Origin: Candidatus Poribacteria bacterium
GTDB taxonomy: Bacteria; Poribacteria; WGA-4E; WGA-3G
Direction of reading: 5' to 3'
Assembly (NCBI GenBank): GCA_022824265.1
Contig: JAJEAG010000021.1
Span: 22,577-86,576, forward strand
DNA length: 64,000 bases
The notes under the pieces were generated by a model that was not told the DNA's origin, ran no database searches, and saw nothing but the letters and a program-made list of their open reading frames with translations. The translations under genes were made by a program, and so were the position numbers. Shown in pieces: positions 46,481-57,662 of this stretch; positions within the stretch are counted from its first letter, which is position 1; each line of letters starts with the position of its first letter.

Positions 46481-48283
46481 ATGTTTGGTATGGGTAGTAA
46501 CCTATATGAATATAGTGATGAAGAGGATAACATCGGTAAGGTGTATGATCGTGAGTTGATGAAACGACTCATCGCATATCTAAAACCCTATAAGTTCCAA
46601 CTGGTTGTTATTGCATTTCTAATGGTTGGCACAACACTATCACGTTTAGTGGGACCCTATCTTATGCAAATTGCTATTGATCAGCATATCATACCTGGTG
46701 AATTAGAAGGATTGGGTTTGATTGCAGCTTTTCTTGTTATGGGATTGATAGGTGAATTTTTGTTTTCCTATTTTGAAGAATATCGTATGCAAATGGTTGG
46801 TCAACATGTAATGCGTGATTTACGTCACACGTTGTTCTCACATTTACAACGTTTGGACGTGCAATACTTTGATAAAAATCCTGTTGGAAGATTAATGACA
46901 CGGGTTATGGGAGATGTGCAAGTTCTGAATGAACTCTTTACCTCTGGTGTCATCACAGTTTTCGGGAATCTGTTGAGCATTCTCGGTATAATGGTGGCGA
47001 TGCTGCTTTACAACTGGAGACTGGCGTTTGTAACGTTTGCTGTAATCCCTATAATCTTTGGAGCAACACTTGTCTACCAAATATATTCGCGTCGTGCCTT
47101 TCGTGAACAACGTAAGCAGTATGCACGAATCAATGCATTTCTTCAGGAGAATATTGTTGGGATGACGACAATGAAACTATTTGCACAGGAACGGCGGAGT
47201 TACCTGCGTTTTAATGAACGGAACCGTCGATACCTCGCCGCGAATCTCAATAGTATTTTCTATTTTTCTATTTTCCATCCCTTAATTGAGGTGACAGCAT
47301 CGCTTGCAACTGCCGTAATTATATGGTTCGGTGGTGGACAAATTGTTCAGGGCGCGTTGACATTTGGGGTTTTAGTTGCATTCATCCGTTATGCAGAACG
47401 TTTCTTTTGGCCAATCCGAGAACTCAGTGAGAAATATACCATTTTCCAAAACGCGATGGCATCATCTGAACGTATCTTCCAACTACTTGATACTGAACCT
47501 GATATTGTTTCTACTACAGAGAAACGGGGCATAAAAACGTTGAAGGGTGAGATAGAGTTTCGTAACGTTTGGTTTGCTTATAACGACGAGGATTATGTTT
47601 TACGAGATGTATCGTTCAAGGTGGAACCGGGTGAAAAGGTTGCACTTGTAGGACATACAGGTGCCGGTAAAACTTCAATCATCAATCTACTATGCCGATT
47701 CTATGAGATAAACAAGGGGCAAATTTTGATTGATGGCGTAGACTTACGTGAAATGAATTTGGAGGAACTACGAAGTGCGATTAGCATTGTTCAACAAAAT
47801 ATCTTCCTATTTTCCGAAACCATTGAACGGAATATCAGTTTGGGGAATACATCCATTCCAACGCAACAAGTTGTGCAAGCATCAAAAAATGTTCATTTAG
47901 ATCGTTTTGTTCAGAAAATGCCTGATTTGTATGGAACAGAAATCAAAGAGGAAGGAGGCGGATTATCTGTTGGACAGAAACAGTTAGTTGCCTTTGCACG
48001 TGCATTAGCATCAAATCCAAGTATTCTTATTCTTGATGAGGCTACCTCAAGTGTTGACACAGAAACCGAGATTTTGATTGAAGATGCCCTCAGTCGGTTG
48101 ATGGAAGATCGCACATCGGTAGTAATTGCACATCGTCTATCTACAATCCAGAATGCAGATAAAATAATTGTGATGCATCGTGGAGAAATCCGTGAGATTG
48201 GTACACATAACGATTTGCTACAAAAAGGTGGGATATATTATCGGTTGTATCAGTTGCAATACAAAGGACAAGAAGGAAGATAG
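46481..48283 (+). CDS. ABC exporter, fused permease/ATPase subunit (heterodimer partner 2)
   Basis: Motifs 'GHTGAGKTS', 'LSVGQKQL' and 'ILILDEATS', with a GAGGAA RBS. It starts 13 nt after the partner gene. Confidence 0.92.
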   Translation: MFGMGSNLYEYSDEEDNIGKVYDRELMKRLIAYLKPYKFQLVVIAFLMVGTTLSRLVGPYLMQIAIDQHIIPGELEGLGLIAAFLVMGLIGEFLFSYFEEYRMQMVGQHVMRDLRHTLFSHLQRLDVQYFDKNPVGRLMTRVMGDVQVLNELFTSGVITVFGNLLSILGIMVAMLLYNWRLAFVTFAVIPIIFGATLVYQIYSRRAFREQRKQYARINAFLQENIVGMTTMKLFAQERRSYLRFNERNRRYLAANLNSIFYFSIFHPLIEVTASLATAVIIWFGGGQIVQGALTFGVLVAFIRYAERFFWPIRELSEKYTIFQNAMASSERIFQLLDTEPDIVSTTEKRGIKTLKGEIEFRNVWFAYNDEDYVLRDVSFKVEPGEKVALVGHTGAGKTSIINLLCRFYEINKGQILIDGVDLREMNLEELRSAISIVQQNIFLFSETIERNISLGNTSIPTQQVVQASKNVHLDRFVQKMPDLYGTEIKEEGGGLSVGQKQLVAFARALASNPSILILDEATSSVDTETEILIEDALSRLMEDRTSVVIAHRLSTIQNADKIIVMHRGEIREIGTHNDLLQKGGIYYRLYQLQYKGQEGR

Positions 48284-48369
48284 GAATTCTATTTCTGATA
48301 ATATTGTCTAACTCTAAGCATCTATTTACGGAAGAGATGCGTTTGTAGTCGCTTAATTCATTTCGCTTC

Positions 48370-48441
48370 TTACATTATCGTAGGGGCGAGGTCTCCTCGC
48401 CCGAATGCCCACGTAAATCGGAGCGAGCAAAGCGATTCAGA
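48370..48441 (+). repeat. Family R4 composite palindromic repeat
   Basis: It aligns with the reverse complement of 28256-28339 and contains the hairpin GGGCGAGG-TCT-CCTCGCCC (48384-48402). Confidence 0.8.
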
Positions 48442-48553
48442 CAAGCAAGAATCATTAAATTGATGCCTATGGTTCGATAAACCAACCCAACCTACAGTGG
48501 TAATTGGATTTAATTATCAAACTCACGTTACAGTAATATAGAGCAGATTTACC

Positions 48554-49741
48554 ATGTTTCACATATTTAAGAATGTATTTCAACAATTCAAACAACACCA
48601 ATGTCTACATCAAGCTGCATCGCTTACGTTTACATCATTGCTATCACTTGTTCCTTTATCAGCTGTTGCCCTTTTTCTTTTAAATACTTTCGGTGTAGTA
48701 AACAACGAGAATTCTCCATTGATTGCTACACTTAACAATTATCTACCAAGTTATCGGGCAGACGAAATAGTTTCTGGTATCTCGGAATTTACGAATAGAA
48801 ACCTTACCGGACTTGGGGTTGGCGGGTTCTTATTCTTTCTTGTTATATCTCTGATCCTATTCATTTCTATTGAAAACCACTTTAATCATATATGGGGAAG
48901 TCCTCGTAGACTTCCATTGATGCGTGCCTTTCAAAAATACTTAGTTTTCTGCATGTTGTTGCTAATTGGACCTTTGGTAATATGGCTCATTTTTTCACAG
49001 GTTAGGAACGTGTTGATATCTAACTTGTTTCCTTGGATTTCTGTCTATTTTTTGTTTTTCGTCATGTATATTGCATTTCCCAACACTTCTGTTAATTGGA
49101 TATCTGGATTGATCGGTGCAGTAATATCAGGAACACTTTTTCAAATCGCAAGAATTGTGTTTGCAAATTACTTTGCATTGGTTTGGCAAAATTATTCAGA
49201 CATCTATGGAACATTTGCAATGCTAATAATATTAGCAATATGGATTTATGCAACTTGGACAGTAATACTATTTGGGGTTGAGGTATCTAATACAGTCCAA
49301 CGTTCAGTATTTACTAAGAAAATGTATGGTAAATTTCTAAATGATCATAGCGAATTAATTAATGTTCCAGGCATTATCTCGTTGTATCTCATAGTAGCGG
49401 AACATTTCAATAAAGGGAAAGGGGCATGTTCAACATCAGATGTTGCTACTACTGCAAAGGTATCTGAAACACTGGTTCAACAGATATTTGAATGTTTCAA
49501 AGCAGCTAATCTACTGTATGAGGTAGAAGGAGATACAAAAGGATACATTCCTGTCAGATCGTTAGATACAATAACACTTGACTCTCTGATTGTTTCAGTT
49601 GATGATGAACTGACTAAACATTTTACAGAGGAGTTGGATGCATCACCGGAGTTGACCAAGATCTTTACTGATCTTCAAGAATCTCAAATTGATAAACTAA
49701 AAGATATTACAGTGAGTTCAATTTTAGATGATTTTAGTTGA
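48554..49741 (+). CDS. YihY/BrkB family membrane protein with a C-terminal winged-helix-like extension
   Basis: 'FTSLLSLVPLSAVALFLL' and six helices are typical of YihY. The last 130 aa or so ('STSDVATTAKVSETLVQQIFECFKAANLLYEVEGDTKGYIPVRSLDTITL') resemble an Rrf2-type wHTH. Confidence 0.7.
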   Translation: MFHIFKNVFQQFKQHQCLHQAASLTFTSLLSLVPLSAVALFLLNTFGVVNNENSPLIATLNNYLPSYRADEIVSGISEFTNRNLTGLGVGGFLFFLVISLILFISIENHFNHIWGSPRRLPLMRAFQKYLVFCMLLLIGPLVIWLIFSQVRNVLISNLFPWISVYFLFFVMYIAFPNTSVNWISGLIGAVISGTLFQIARIVFANYFALVWQNYSDIYGTFAMLIILAIWIYATWTVILFGVEVSNTVQRSVFTKKMYGKFLNDHSELINVPGIISLYLIVAEHFNKGKGACSTSDVATTAKVSETLVQQIFECFKAANLLYEVEGDTKGYIPVRSLDTITLDSLIVSVDDELTKHFTEELDASPELTKIFTDLQESQIDKLKDITVSSILDDFS

Positions 49742-49777
49742 TACTAAACGTAGATGTGAATCTAAAATAAAATATCA

Positions 49778-51697
49778 TCAATGCCATACAATATATGTAG
49801 GCATTTTCAAAACAAGTCCAATCAGACTCCATACACATCCAAGCGTATAATCCCCCAAGATTAAGCCTAAGAAAAATGGCACAGCTTGGCGGTACAACTT
49901 AACGCCACCAATTTTTAACACTGTCGCTTTTGCTAACCAACTAAGAAAAATCGGAAACCACAACCTTCCCATTCCTGTTCCGCTGACCAACACATAGCCA
50001 CCTGGATGTAGGGGCCACCAAAGAAAACGCACCTTCATAATCATAAGGAATATAGTAAATAGAAAACTACTACTAATTACACCGAGTTCTGGGACGCTTG
50101 CCTCCCGTGGACTGACAAGCCATGTATGTAATCGATTGAACGTCTCCCACCCCATATAGACGATCCAACCGCGTGCCTTACTTCCTGCACCCATATCATA
50201 TAATACATGTAGATATGCCCAAAAAGTAATCAATATACCGAAAACTATTGCCAATATCATACCTATCAGAAGTTGACGATAACCGATTCTACTGCGCTCT
50301 GCTAAACGAAACGCCTCTAACTCACTCGGAGTAGGATGTGCACGGAAACACCGAACAAATGGATACAGAAATGTTAGACCTGTTAAGTTTCCTAAACCGA
50401 GTCGTCTTGTCCCTAAACCTAATACCATTGTCCGTCCGGGATCCACAAGAATTAACTGATGTAATGGAGGTCCAATTTCAGCCCGAATCCTTGTTATACC
50501 CAGAATCATTGGGAAGTATAGCAAGAAAAATAATCCGATTGCCCATAATGCCATACCCATTTGAAAACAGAAAAAGAATAGAAACAATATTCCAACAGTA
50601 AACAACAATGCTGCAGATCGGTATCGCATCGGTTCAGTAGAATCGTCAGGAGGAGATACTCCGCGTGGTTGTGGAATACCAAATACCTTTCTAATGATGC
50701 GTCCGTAATAACGTCTTCCCATCCATAGCGGTATGCACCCAAACGCAAGCCACGCACCAGTTTGCTGTTCAAGGTTGTATATGTTTCTCGCTCCAAACAT
50801 ATCAGTTACGACAAGCTGCACACGGGTTAACACCCAAAAAAACCAACAAGAAAACGAAAGATCCAATGGAGTAAAGAACATCAACCCAATGCTAAAAGGA
50901 TAGAAGGAGATATTGATAGGACCCATCGCACTCCACGGTTTGGCACTGAATTGACCAAGACGTTTGTTCCTAATTGGTAGCGAAGGGATTTCAGGGAATA
51001 GAAAACTCAAGCCATTTAGTAGTTCAACACTTGCTGCAAGTGCGAATCCGAGCCACATCCAAGGAGAACTAAAGAATCGTTTTGGGTTACTCGTCAAAGC
51101 TAAAGGCAATTGGACAATAGGATAGTTGAGACGTTCATTCTCAGTCCACTGCTTACGGAGAAATATAGTAACTGCCAACAAGGTCAACCACAGCGCAATT
51201 ACAAAACTGGACCAAGCAAGAACCGGAGGGATCCATGCATTGAGAGTATCAGGATTATAAAATGTGGAATCCCCGTTATAGAATCCATCAAGAATACGTG
51301 GGTTTTTGACAGCAATCCAATCTGGGAGGTTATTCCCAAAAAGAGACAACCATTCATTTTCAGGAGAAGCGAACTGGAATGTATGTGCTAAGACGGGTAT
51401 GAGGTAACCCATCATTGTATGTCCACTGAGCGTTGTAACCATCACGACCATTACATAGATGGTCTGAAGGTCGGCTTGGGACATTGCCAATTTGGGAAGA
51501 TATTTTTGAAATAAGAGATTGAGAAGGACGAAAACAAGAAGGGTGAAGACAGCATTGAAGAACAGCGATGCGATTGTCAATTGGGTGGAATGCCACACCT
51601 CTGTTCCCATGAGACACCAGTAGCTATTAAAAGCCACAAGGACTAATCCAATTAATAGGATGTGCGGCTTAACACGGTGCTGTTTTCCGTTAGCCAT
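49778..51697 (-). CDS. Large polytopic membrane protein (639 aa), family not recognised
   Basis: It has more than 12 hydrophobic segments. Its ATG overlaps the preceding gene's stop by 8 nt (ATGGCTAA), with an AGGAG RBS inside that gene. Confidence 0.8.
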   Translation of the reverse strand: MANGKQHRVKPHILLIGLVLVAFNSYWCLMGTEVWHSTQLTIASLFFNAVFTLLVFVLLNLLFQKYLPKLAMSQADLQTIYVMVVMVTTLSGHTMMGYLIPVLAHTFQFASPENEWLSLFGNNLPDWIAVKNPRILDGFYNGDSTFYNPDTLNAWIPPVLAWSSFVIALWLTLLAVTIFLRKQWTENERLNYPIVQLPLALTSNPKRFFSSPWMWLGFALAASVELLNGLSFLFPEIPSLPIRNKRLGQFSAKPWSAMGPINISFYPFSIGLMFFTPLDLSFSCWFFWVLTRVQLVVTDMFGARNIYNLEQQTGAWLAFGCIPLWMGRRYYGRIIRKVFGIPQPRGVSPPDDSTEPMRYRSAALLFTVGILFLFFFCFQMGMALWAIGLFFLLYFPMILGITRIRAEIGPPLHQLILVDPGRTMVLGLGTRRLGLGNLTGLTFLYPFVRCFRAHPTPSELEAFRLAERSRIGYRQLLIGMILAIVFGILITFWAYLHVLYDMGAGSKARGWIVYMGWETFNRLHTWLVSPREASVPELGVISSSFLFTIFLMIMKVRFLWWPLHPGGYVLVSGTGMGRLWFPIFLSWLAKATVLKIGGVKLYRQAVPFFLGLILGDYTLGCVWSLIGLVLKMPTYIVWH

Positions 51698-52427
51698 CTG
51701 GACTCCTACTGATATACTGTAATGCCTGCTGTAGAATATCCTCGTTATTATAGTGTGTCAATTTGTTTTGTAGATCTGAATCATTTGTTAATTTCAATAT
51801 TTCTTTACATAACAGTGGTAGTGTTCGTACAACATTATCAACAATGGTTATACTCGCCTGTTTAGCAGTTCGAGACATCGGGTTTAGATCTACCGTAACT
51901 ACATCTTTTCCCATCTTTCGGAGTGCCTCACAGCGATCCCCATCTTCAAGTGGTACAAAAACAACATCAGCTATGAAAATACCCCCTGGATGTACATATT
52001 TTCTATTGGAATCAATATATGAGAGTTGAGCATCCTGTGAGGGCATCAGCACATTGTCTGCACCATTTTTCAATAGGTGTTGCCGGATTTTCTCTTCTCT
52101 TCCAGTCTCTGTGTGAAATATGTTGACTTCCAAAGGTGCTTTTAGTATGTGAGCTAATTCTATGAGTTCCTTCGGCACCAATGCAGCTACATTACCATTC
52201 ACGGAGATGACTGGGTGATTTGATAGCTTCAGCATCGCAGCAGCAACACATATTGCATTTGTAGCAAACGATTGTGTTTTCTCACCAATTAGGTAGTCAA
52301 AAGCTTCCCCGCGTCCGTGTGCAATGAGACCGTGGATAGATGTGATGCCTTTCTCTACACCTTCAACTATTCTATCTCGTAATGTCAACGAAAGATAACG
52401 CGGATGTGACTTAGGTACATCGCTCAT
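51690..52427 (-). CDS. Archaeal-type 4-phosphopantoate--beta-alanine ligase (phosphopantothenate synthetase, PPS) homolog
   Basis: Motifs 'PKSHPRYLSLTLRDRIVEGVEKGITSIHGLIAHGRGEAFDYLIGEKT', 'VISVNGNVAALVPKE', 'VPLEDGDRCEAL' and 'DLNPMSRTA' match my recollection of archaeal PPS (COG1701). Confidence 0.75.
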   Translation of the reverse strand: MSDVPKSHPRYLSLTLRDRIVEGVEKGITSIHGLIAHGRGEAFDYLIGEKTQSFATNAICVAAAMLKLSNHPVISVNGNVAALVPKELIELAHILKAPLEVNIFHTETGREEKIRQHLLKNGADNVLMPSQDAQLSYIDSNRKYVHPGGIFIADVVFVPLEDGDRCEALRKMGKDVVTVDLNPMSRTAKQASITIVDNVVRTLPLLCKEILKLTNDSDLQNKLTHYNNEDILQQALQYISRSPDG

Positions 52428-52553
52428 ATAATAGCACCTTAATATCAGTTTATGTCTATTATACAGTGCCTTGAATTAGTTTTCAAGTAAGCGGTATCTT
52501 GGACAGATCCATTCAGTTTCCAAATCCTATTTTTTCAATATTAAACCTTCCTT

Positions 52554-52583
52554 TGTAGGAGCGACCTCTTATCCTGAAAATCC
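52554..52583 (-). repeat. Family R2 repeat copy (reverse orientation)
   Basis: 'TGTAGGAGCGACCTCTTATCCTGAAAATCC' is the reverse complement of the 44454-44485 element, with one mismatch in the core. Confidence 0.85.
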
Positions 52584-52604
52584 TTGTTCAAACAATTTTG
52601 ACAA

Positions 52605-52725
52605 CTGAAAACCGAAACATACATAAAACATACATGAAACATATTGTCCCAAACCACACAACCCCTTCACACCCTTTCCCACCACCTGTTATACTACTAC
52701 CACTATGAAACACAAAAACCGACTA
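52605..52725 (-). repeat. TG-rich repeat, diverged copy C (TG-rich on the minus strand)
   Basis: The reverse complement shares 'TAGTCGGTTTTTGTGTTT', 'AATATGTTTCATGT' and 'GTTTCGGTTTTCAG' blocks with copies A and B. The skewed tract continues to about 52915. I hand-counted 16 G in 52621-52860 (240 nt). Confidence 0.6.
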
Positions 52726-53179
52726 CACCCCACATTCACAACAAAAACCGTCACCCATCACCCAAAAGCTGACCAAAATCAAGCAAATAAAAAACGCACA
52801 AAAAATGAAAAACTCAGAATTTTCAAAAACCCCTATAAACCCAGTACCAGACTGGCATAACCCCAAACATCAAAACGCACAAATGTGCAAAAAACACCTT
52901 ATTTTAGTGCGTTTTTAGATGGAGCAAAAACCGATGTATTCACAAGAAAAGCACAAACAATTCGCAGTCAATCCCTTTAACCTCATTCTAATCGTACGGA
53001 CGAGGTTACCTCGCTTGTCTAATCTGTATTTTCTCTTTATTCGGAATGGGAAACTCCTCCTTATGATTGGAATGTGCTGTGGAATCAACCCTTTCTGTGT
53101 CTTCAGTGCTTCAGACAGTAATGTCAACAATTGAATGTCTCAGTTCTTAGAAACCAAAACCTCCTATGTGATAACACAC

Positions 53180-53208
53180 TTGCAATTTGCTTGATTTTGA
53201 AGTATAAT
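53180..53208 (+). promoter_or_regulatory. Sigma-70 type promoter for gap-tpiA-secG (TTGCAA-N17-TATAAT)
   Basis: TTGCAA at 53180-53185, a 17-nt spacer, then TATAAT at 53203-53208. Confidence 0.6.
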
Positions 53209-53261
53209 TACAATCGTATTTATAGCGTATATTTTATAAAATTAAATTGATTAAACAGTGA

Positions 53262-54310
<1,049 letters not shown>

Positions 54311-54311
<1 letters not shown>

Positions 54312-55078
54312 TGGGAAGGACTATGAGAACACCTATCATTGCTGGGAATTGGAAACTAAACAAAACCGTTTCCGAGGCAGTTGCACTTACGAGTGAATTG
54401 AAGGAGTTAGTTGAAGGAACCGATGGTGTAGAAATTGTCGTTGCACCGACTTTTACTGCTCTTCATGCTGTTAGTAATTCCATTAAAGACAGCAACGTCC
54501 TACTTGCTGCACAAGATGTTTATTGGGAAGATAGTGGAGCATATACAGGTGAAGTGTCCGCACCGATGTTGAAAGACGTTGGATGTGATTACGTTATAAT
54601 CGGACATTCAGAGAGACGGCAATATTTTGGTGAGACGAATGAAACAGTCAATCAAAAAGTAAAAACTGCATTATCACACAACTTAAAACCGATTGTTTGT
54701 GTCGGTGAACAACTTGAAGAACGGGAATCTGGACAGACCGAAAGCATCATTAAGGATCATATCACGGGTGGAACCAGTGGGTTAACTGCTGATGCTTTGT
54801 TATCATGTGTAATCGCTTATGAACCAGTATGGGCAATAGGCACTGGAAAAACCGCCACACCAGAACAAGCACAAGAAGTACATCAGTTTATACGGAATTT
54901 GCTAAGGGATAACTTCTCAGATGAAGTTGCATCTCAAGTAAGAATACAATACGGGGGAAGTGTCAAGCCTGAAAATGCAGCAGAACTTATGGCACAACCC
55001 GATGTGGATGGTGCACTTGTTGGTGGGGCAAGCCTTCAAGCAGAATCTTTCGCACAAATTGTGAAAAACACAATATAG
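54311..55078 (+). CDS. tpiA: Triosephosphate isomerase
   Basis: Motifs 'IIAGNWKLN', 'IIGHSERR' and 'AYEPVWAIGTG'. The start is either the ATG at 54311 (TAATG overlap with gap) or the ATG at 54323. Confidence 0.93.
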
Positions 55079-55119
55079 TTTTATGATTTGCCAAATCGAC
55101 ATATAGAGAGGAATATATA

Positions 55120-55554
55120 ATGGGACTTTTCGTAACAATAGCACTAATAATCTTTGTTCCAGTTTGTATTGTCCTGACATTGATTATTCTCTTACAAGAC
55201 AGCAAAGGTGAAGGTTTGTCATCAAGTGCATTTGGTGGTGCAGAGATGCAATCTATTCTTGGTGGACATGGTGCAGCAACATTTCTGAGTAAACTTACTA
55301 CTTGGGTTGCTGTTGGATTTATGGTGATTTCACTGTTCTTAATGCGTTTTTATGGAGAGACTGGATCTACCAACCTAACTCCCATAGATGATGAATCACA
55401 ACAAGCCCAAGAGGCTACTGGTGCAGATGCCGGAGACCAGATTGAAAAAGACACATCTGATGATGATCCAAAAGGAACAATTACAACCAAACAAGAACCA
55501 AGTGATGATACAAACGAAGACACACCTGCGGATGACCCAAAAGGAACTGAATAG
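55120..55554 (+). CDS. secG: Preprotein translocase subunit SecG with a long acidic C-terminal tail
   Basis: 'IALIIFVPVCIVLTLIILLQDSKGEGLSS.FGG' is typical of SecG, and the gene sits in the conserved position after tpiA. The tail contains two 'DDPKGT' repeats. Confidence 0.8.
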   Translation: MGLFVTIALIIFVPVCIVLTLIILLQDSKGEGLSSSAFGGAEMQSILGGHGAATFLSKLTTWVAVGFMVISLFLMRFYGETGSTNLTPIDDESQQAQEATGADAGDQIEKDTSDDDPKGTITTKQEPSDDTNEDTPADDPKGTE

Positions 55555-55557
55555 TAA

Positions 55558-56025
55558 GTGACAGATATACACAGGACAAATCAAGAAGTTGATTCTGTGT
55601 CTGATGAGGCTAATCTAAATGACATTTCGTGGACCGTTCACCCATTCGTTGAGAATTGGAAACGTTCCACATTCTTATTACTATTTCTGTTATCTATTTT
55701 GGTTATCATTTTTATTAGTTTTAAGTCAATTTTATATCTGCTTTTTTCTGCAATTCTACTAATCGCACCACTCTACAAATACTTTCTACCTTTTCATTTC
55801 TGCTGTAGTATAGACCACCTCGTAGTCGCTGCATGTTGTTACAAAGTTGAACGTGAGTGGTCTGATTTTCGCAGCTTTTATGTTGACAAAAACGGTGTAC
55901 TTCTTAGTCCGTTCGCAAAACCGACGCGCCTTGAAAACTTCCGTGGCACTTATATCCGTTTTGGAACACACCCTCCTGAAGAAATCGTAAATTATATCCA
56001 AGACAAACTTAACCCGGAGTCCTAA
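55558..56025 (+). CDS. Hypothetical membrane protein (155 aa)
   Basis: GTG start, two hydrophobic helices and tight spacing to both neighbours. I recognise no family. Confidence 0.5.
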   Translation: MTDIHRTNQEVDSVSDEANLNDISWTVHPFVENWKRSTFLLLFLLSILVIIFISFKSILYLLFSAILLIAPLYKYFLPFHFCCSIDHLVVAACCYKVEREWSDFRSFYVDKNGVLLSPFAKPTRLENFRGTYIRFGTHPPEEIVNYIQDKLNPES

Positions 56026-56026
56026 T

Positions 56027-57307
56027 ATGAACCAACAAAATCCAAATAGTGATCTAAAAATTGACGCAATTGATCAATTGAAATCCACTATTACTGATGT
56101 TGTAAATACACAAGAGATAACCGACATTCATACACATCTTTTTAGTCCACCTTTTGGAGAGCTCTTGTTATGGGGTATCGATGAATTGTTGACCTATCAC
56201 TATCTTATCGCTGAGGTATTCCGAAAATCAGATGTATCGTATCAGCAATTTTGGTCAATGACAAAACCTCAACAAGCAGATTTGATCTGGCAAACGCTTT
56301 TCATAGATAATTCTCCAATAAGTGAAGCTTGCCGTGGTGTTATCACAACATTAGATGCATTAGGGTTAGATGTCAGTTCACGGAACTTAAATGAGTATCG
56401 CGCCTATTTTTCTGACACATCTGTTGAGGACTTCATTGATACTGTTTTTGCACAGTCAAATGTCTCTAATGTTGTAATGACGAATGATCCATTTGACCCT
56501 TTAGAGATACCTGTGTGGGAATCTGGTGATACAGGAGATAAACGGTTTGAAGCTGCCCTTCGTATGGACGTGCTAATAAATACCTACGAGGAATCTGGTT
56601 ATGATCAACTAAAGGCACTTGACTATGATGTAGACCCAAAACTTTCATCAGAGAAAAGTTACAAAGAAGTGCGTCGCTTTTTGGAGATATGGATACAACG
56701 GATGAACCCAAAATACATGGCTGTCTCCCTACCTCCAGACTTTCAATATCCTGATGATGGTGTTCTTGGTCGTCTGTTTGATAATTGTATTTTACCTGTG
56801 TCGCGTGAATTCAACGTTCCATTTGCTTTGATGATAGGTGTGAAACGTGCTGTCAATCCTCAACTTCGGATGGCGGGAGATGGTACTGGAAAAGCAGATT
56901 TGACAAGCCTTGAAACACTGTTACGCGAAAATCCTGACAATAAATTCCTCGTGACGCTTCTATCCAGAGAAAACCAGCATGAACTGTGTGTTATCGGACG
57001 CAAATTCAAGAATCTGATGATATTTGGTTGTTGGTGGTTTATGAATAATCCAAGTATCATTGAAGAGATAACACGCGAGCGTATTGAATTACTGGGGTTG
57101 AGTGTCATTCCACAACATTCGGATGCGCGGATATTAGATCAACTTATTTACAAGTGGAAGCACTCTCGACAGATCATTGCTGACGTTTTGTTTGAAAAAT
57201 ATCAATCTTTGATAGATGTTGGGTGGAGTCTAACAAAGTCAGAAATTGAAAGGGATGTGAATAATCTATTCGGTGGTAACTTTGATAAGTTTCTGAATGG
57301 GAATTAA
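56027..57307 (+). CDS. Amidohydrolase-superfamily protein, uronate-isomerase-like (tentative)
   Basis: It has 'ITDIHTHLF' (HxH metal motif) near the N-terminus, 'DELLTYHY' and a TIM-barrel-size length of 426 aa. Confidence 0.45.
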   Translation: MNQQNPNSDLKIDAIDQLKSTITDVVNTQEITDIHTHLFSPPFGELLLWGIDELLTYHYLIAEVFRKSDVSYQQFWSMTKPQQADLIWQTLFIDNSPISEACRGVITTLDALGLDVSSRNLNEYRAYFSDTSVEDFIDTVFAQSNVSNVVMTNDPFDPLEIPVWESGDTGDKRFEAALRMDVLINTYEESGYDQLKALDYDVDPKLSSEKSYKEVRRFLEIWIQRMNPKYMAVSLPPDFQYPDDGVLGRLFDNCILPVSREFNVPFALMIGVKRAVNPQLRMAGDGTGKADLTSLETLLRENPDNKFLVTLLSRENQHELCVIGRKFKNLMIFGCWWFMNNPSIIEEITRERIELLGLSVIPQHSDARILDQLIYKWKHSRQIIADVLFEKYQSLIDVGWSLTKSEIERDVNNLFGGNFDKFLNGN

Positions 57308-57330
57308 TAGCAAGTTATAGATTTACGCCT

Positions 57331-57615
57331 TTAACATGTGCATGGTGTACTGCTGCATTTTGGACAACCCTTTTCATATATACTTGCAGCATCTTCAAGT
57401 GAAATACCGAGCAGACTTGCAAGTGTAGATAACCACGCGAAAACATCCGCAAATTCCTCACGCAATCTTTCCATATCTTGTGGTTCTTTACGAATTTCCT
57501 TTGCTAATTCTCCTACCTCCTCTACAAACCAGGTGAATGTTAACGGGACACCGCGTTCAGAATCGCGTTCATAATATATTGCCTCAATCTGTTTTTGAAA
57601 TTCTTGTATAGTCAT
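57331..57615 (-). CDS. MazG-like nucleotide pyrophosphohydrolase domain protein
   Basis: Motifs 'FVEEVGELAKEIRK' and 'EEFADVFAWLSTLASLLGISLEDA' (EExxE/D motifs). The C-terminus carries the Cys cluster 'CPKCSSTPCTC'. Confidence 0.75.
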   Translation of the reverse strand: MTIQEFQKQIEAIYYERDSERGVPLTFTWFVEEVGELAKEIRKEPQDMERLREEFADVFAWLSTLASLLGISLEDAASIYEKGCPKCSSTPCTC

Positions 57616-57662
57616 TTAAGTTAATCTTTTCTTCAATCATCAGAATAGATAAATTTATAACC

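Noticed and set aside
52915-53134. Two mutually antisense 71-aa ORFs.
   Set aside because: Both lie in the skewed, repeat-containing intergenic region, neither has an RBS, and each mirrors the other, which is typical of chance ORFs.
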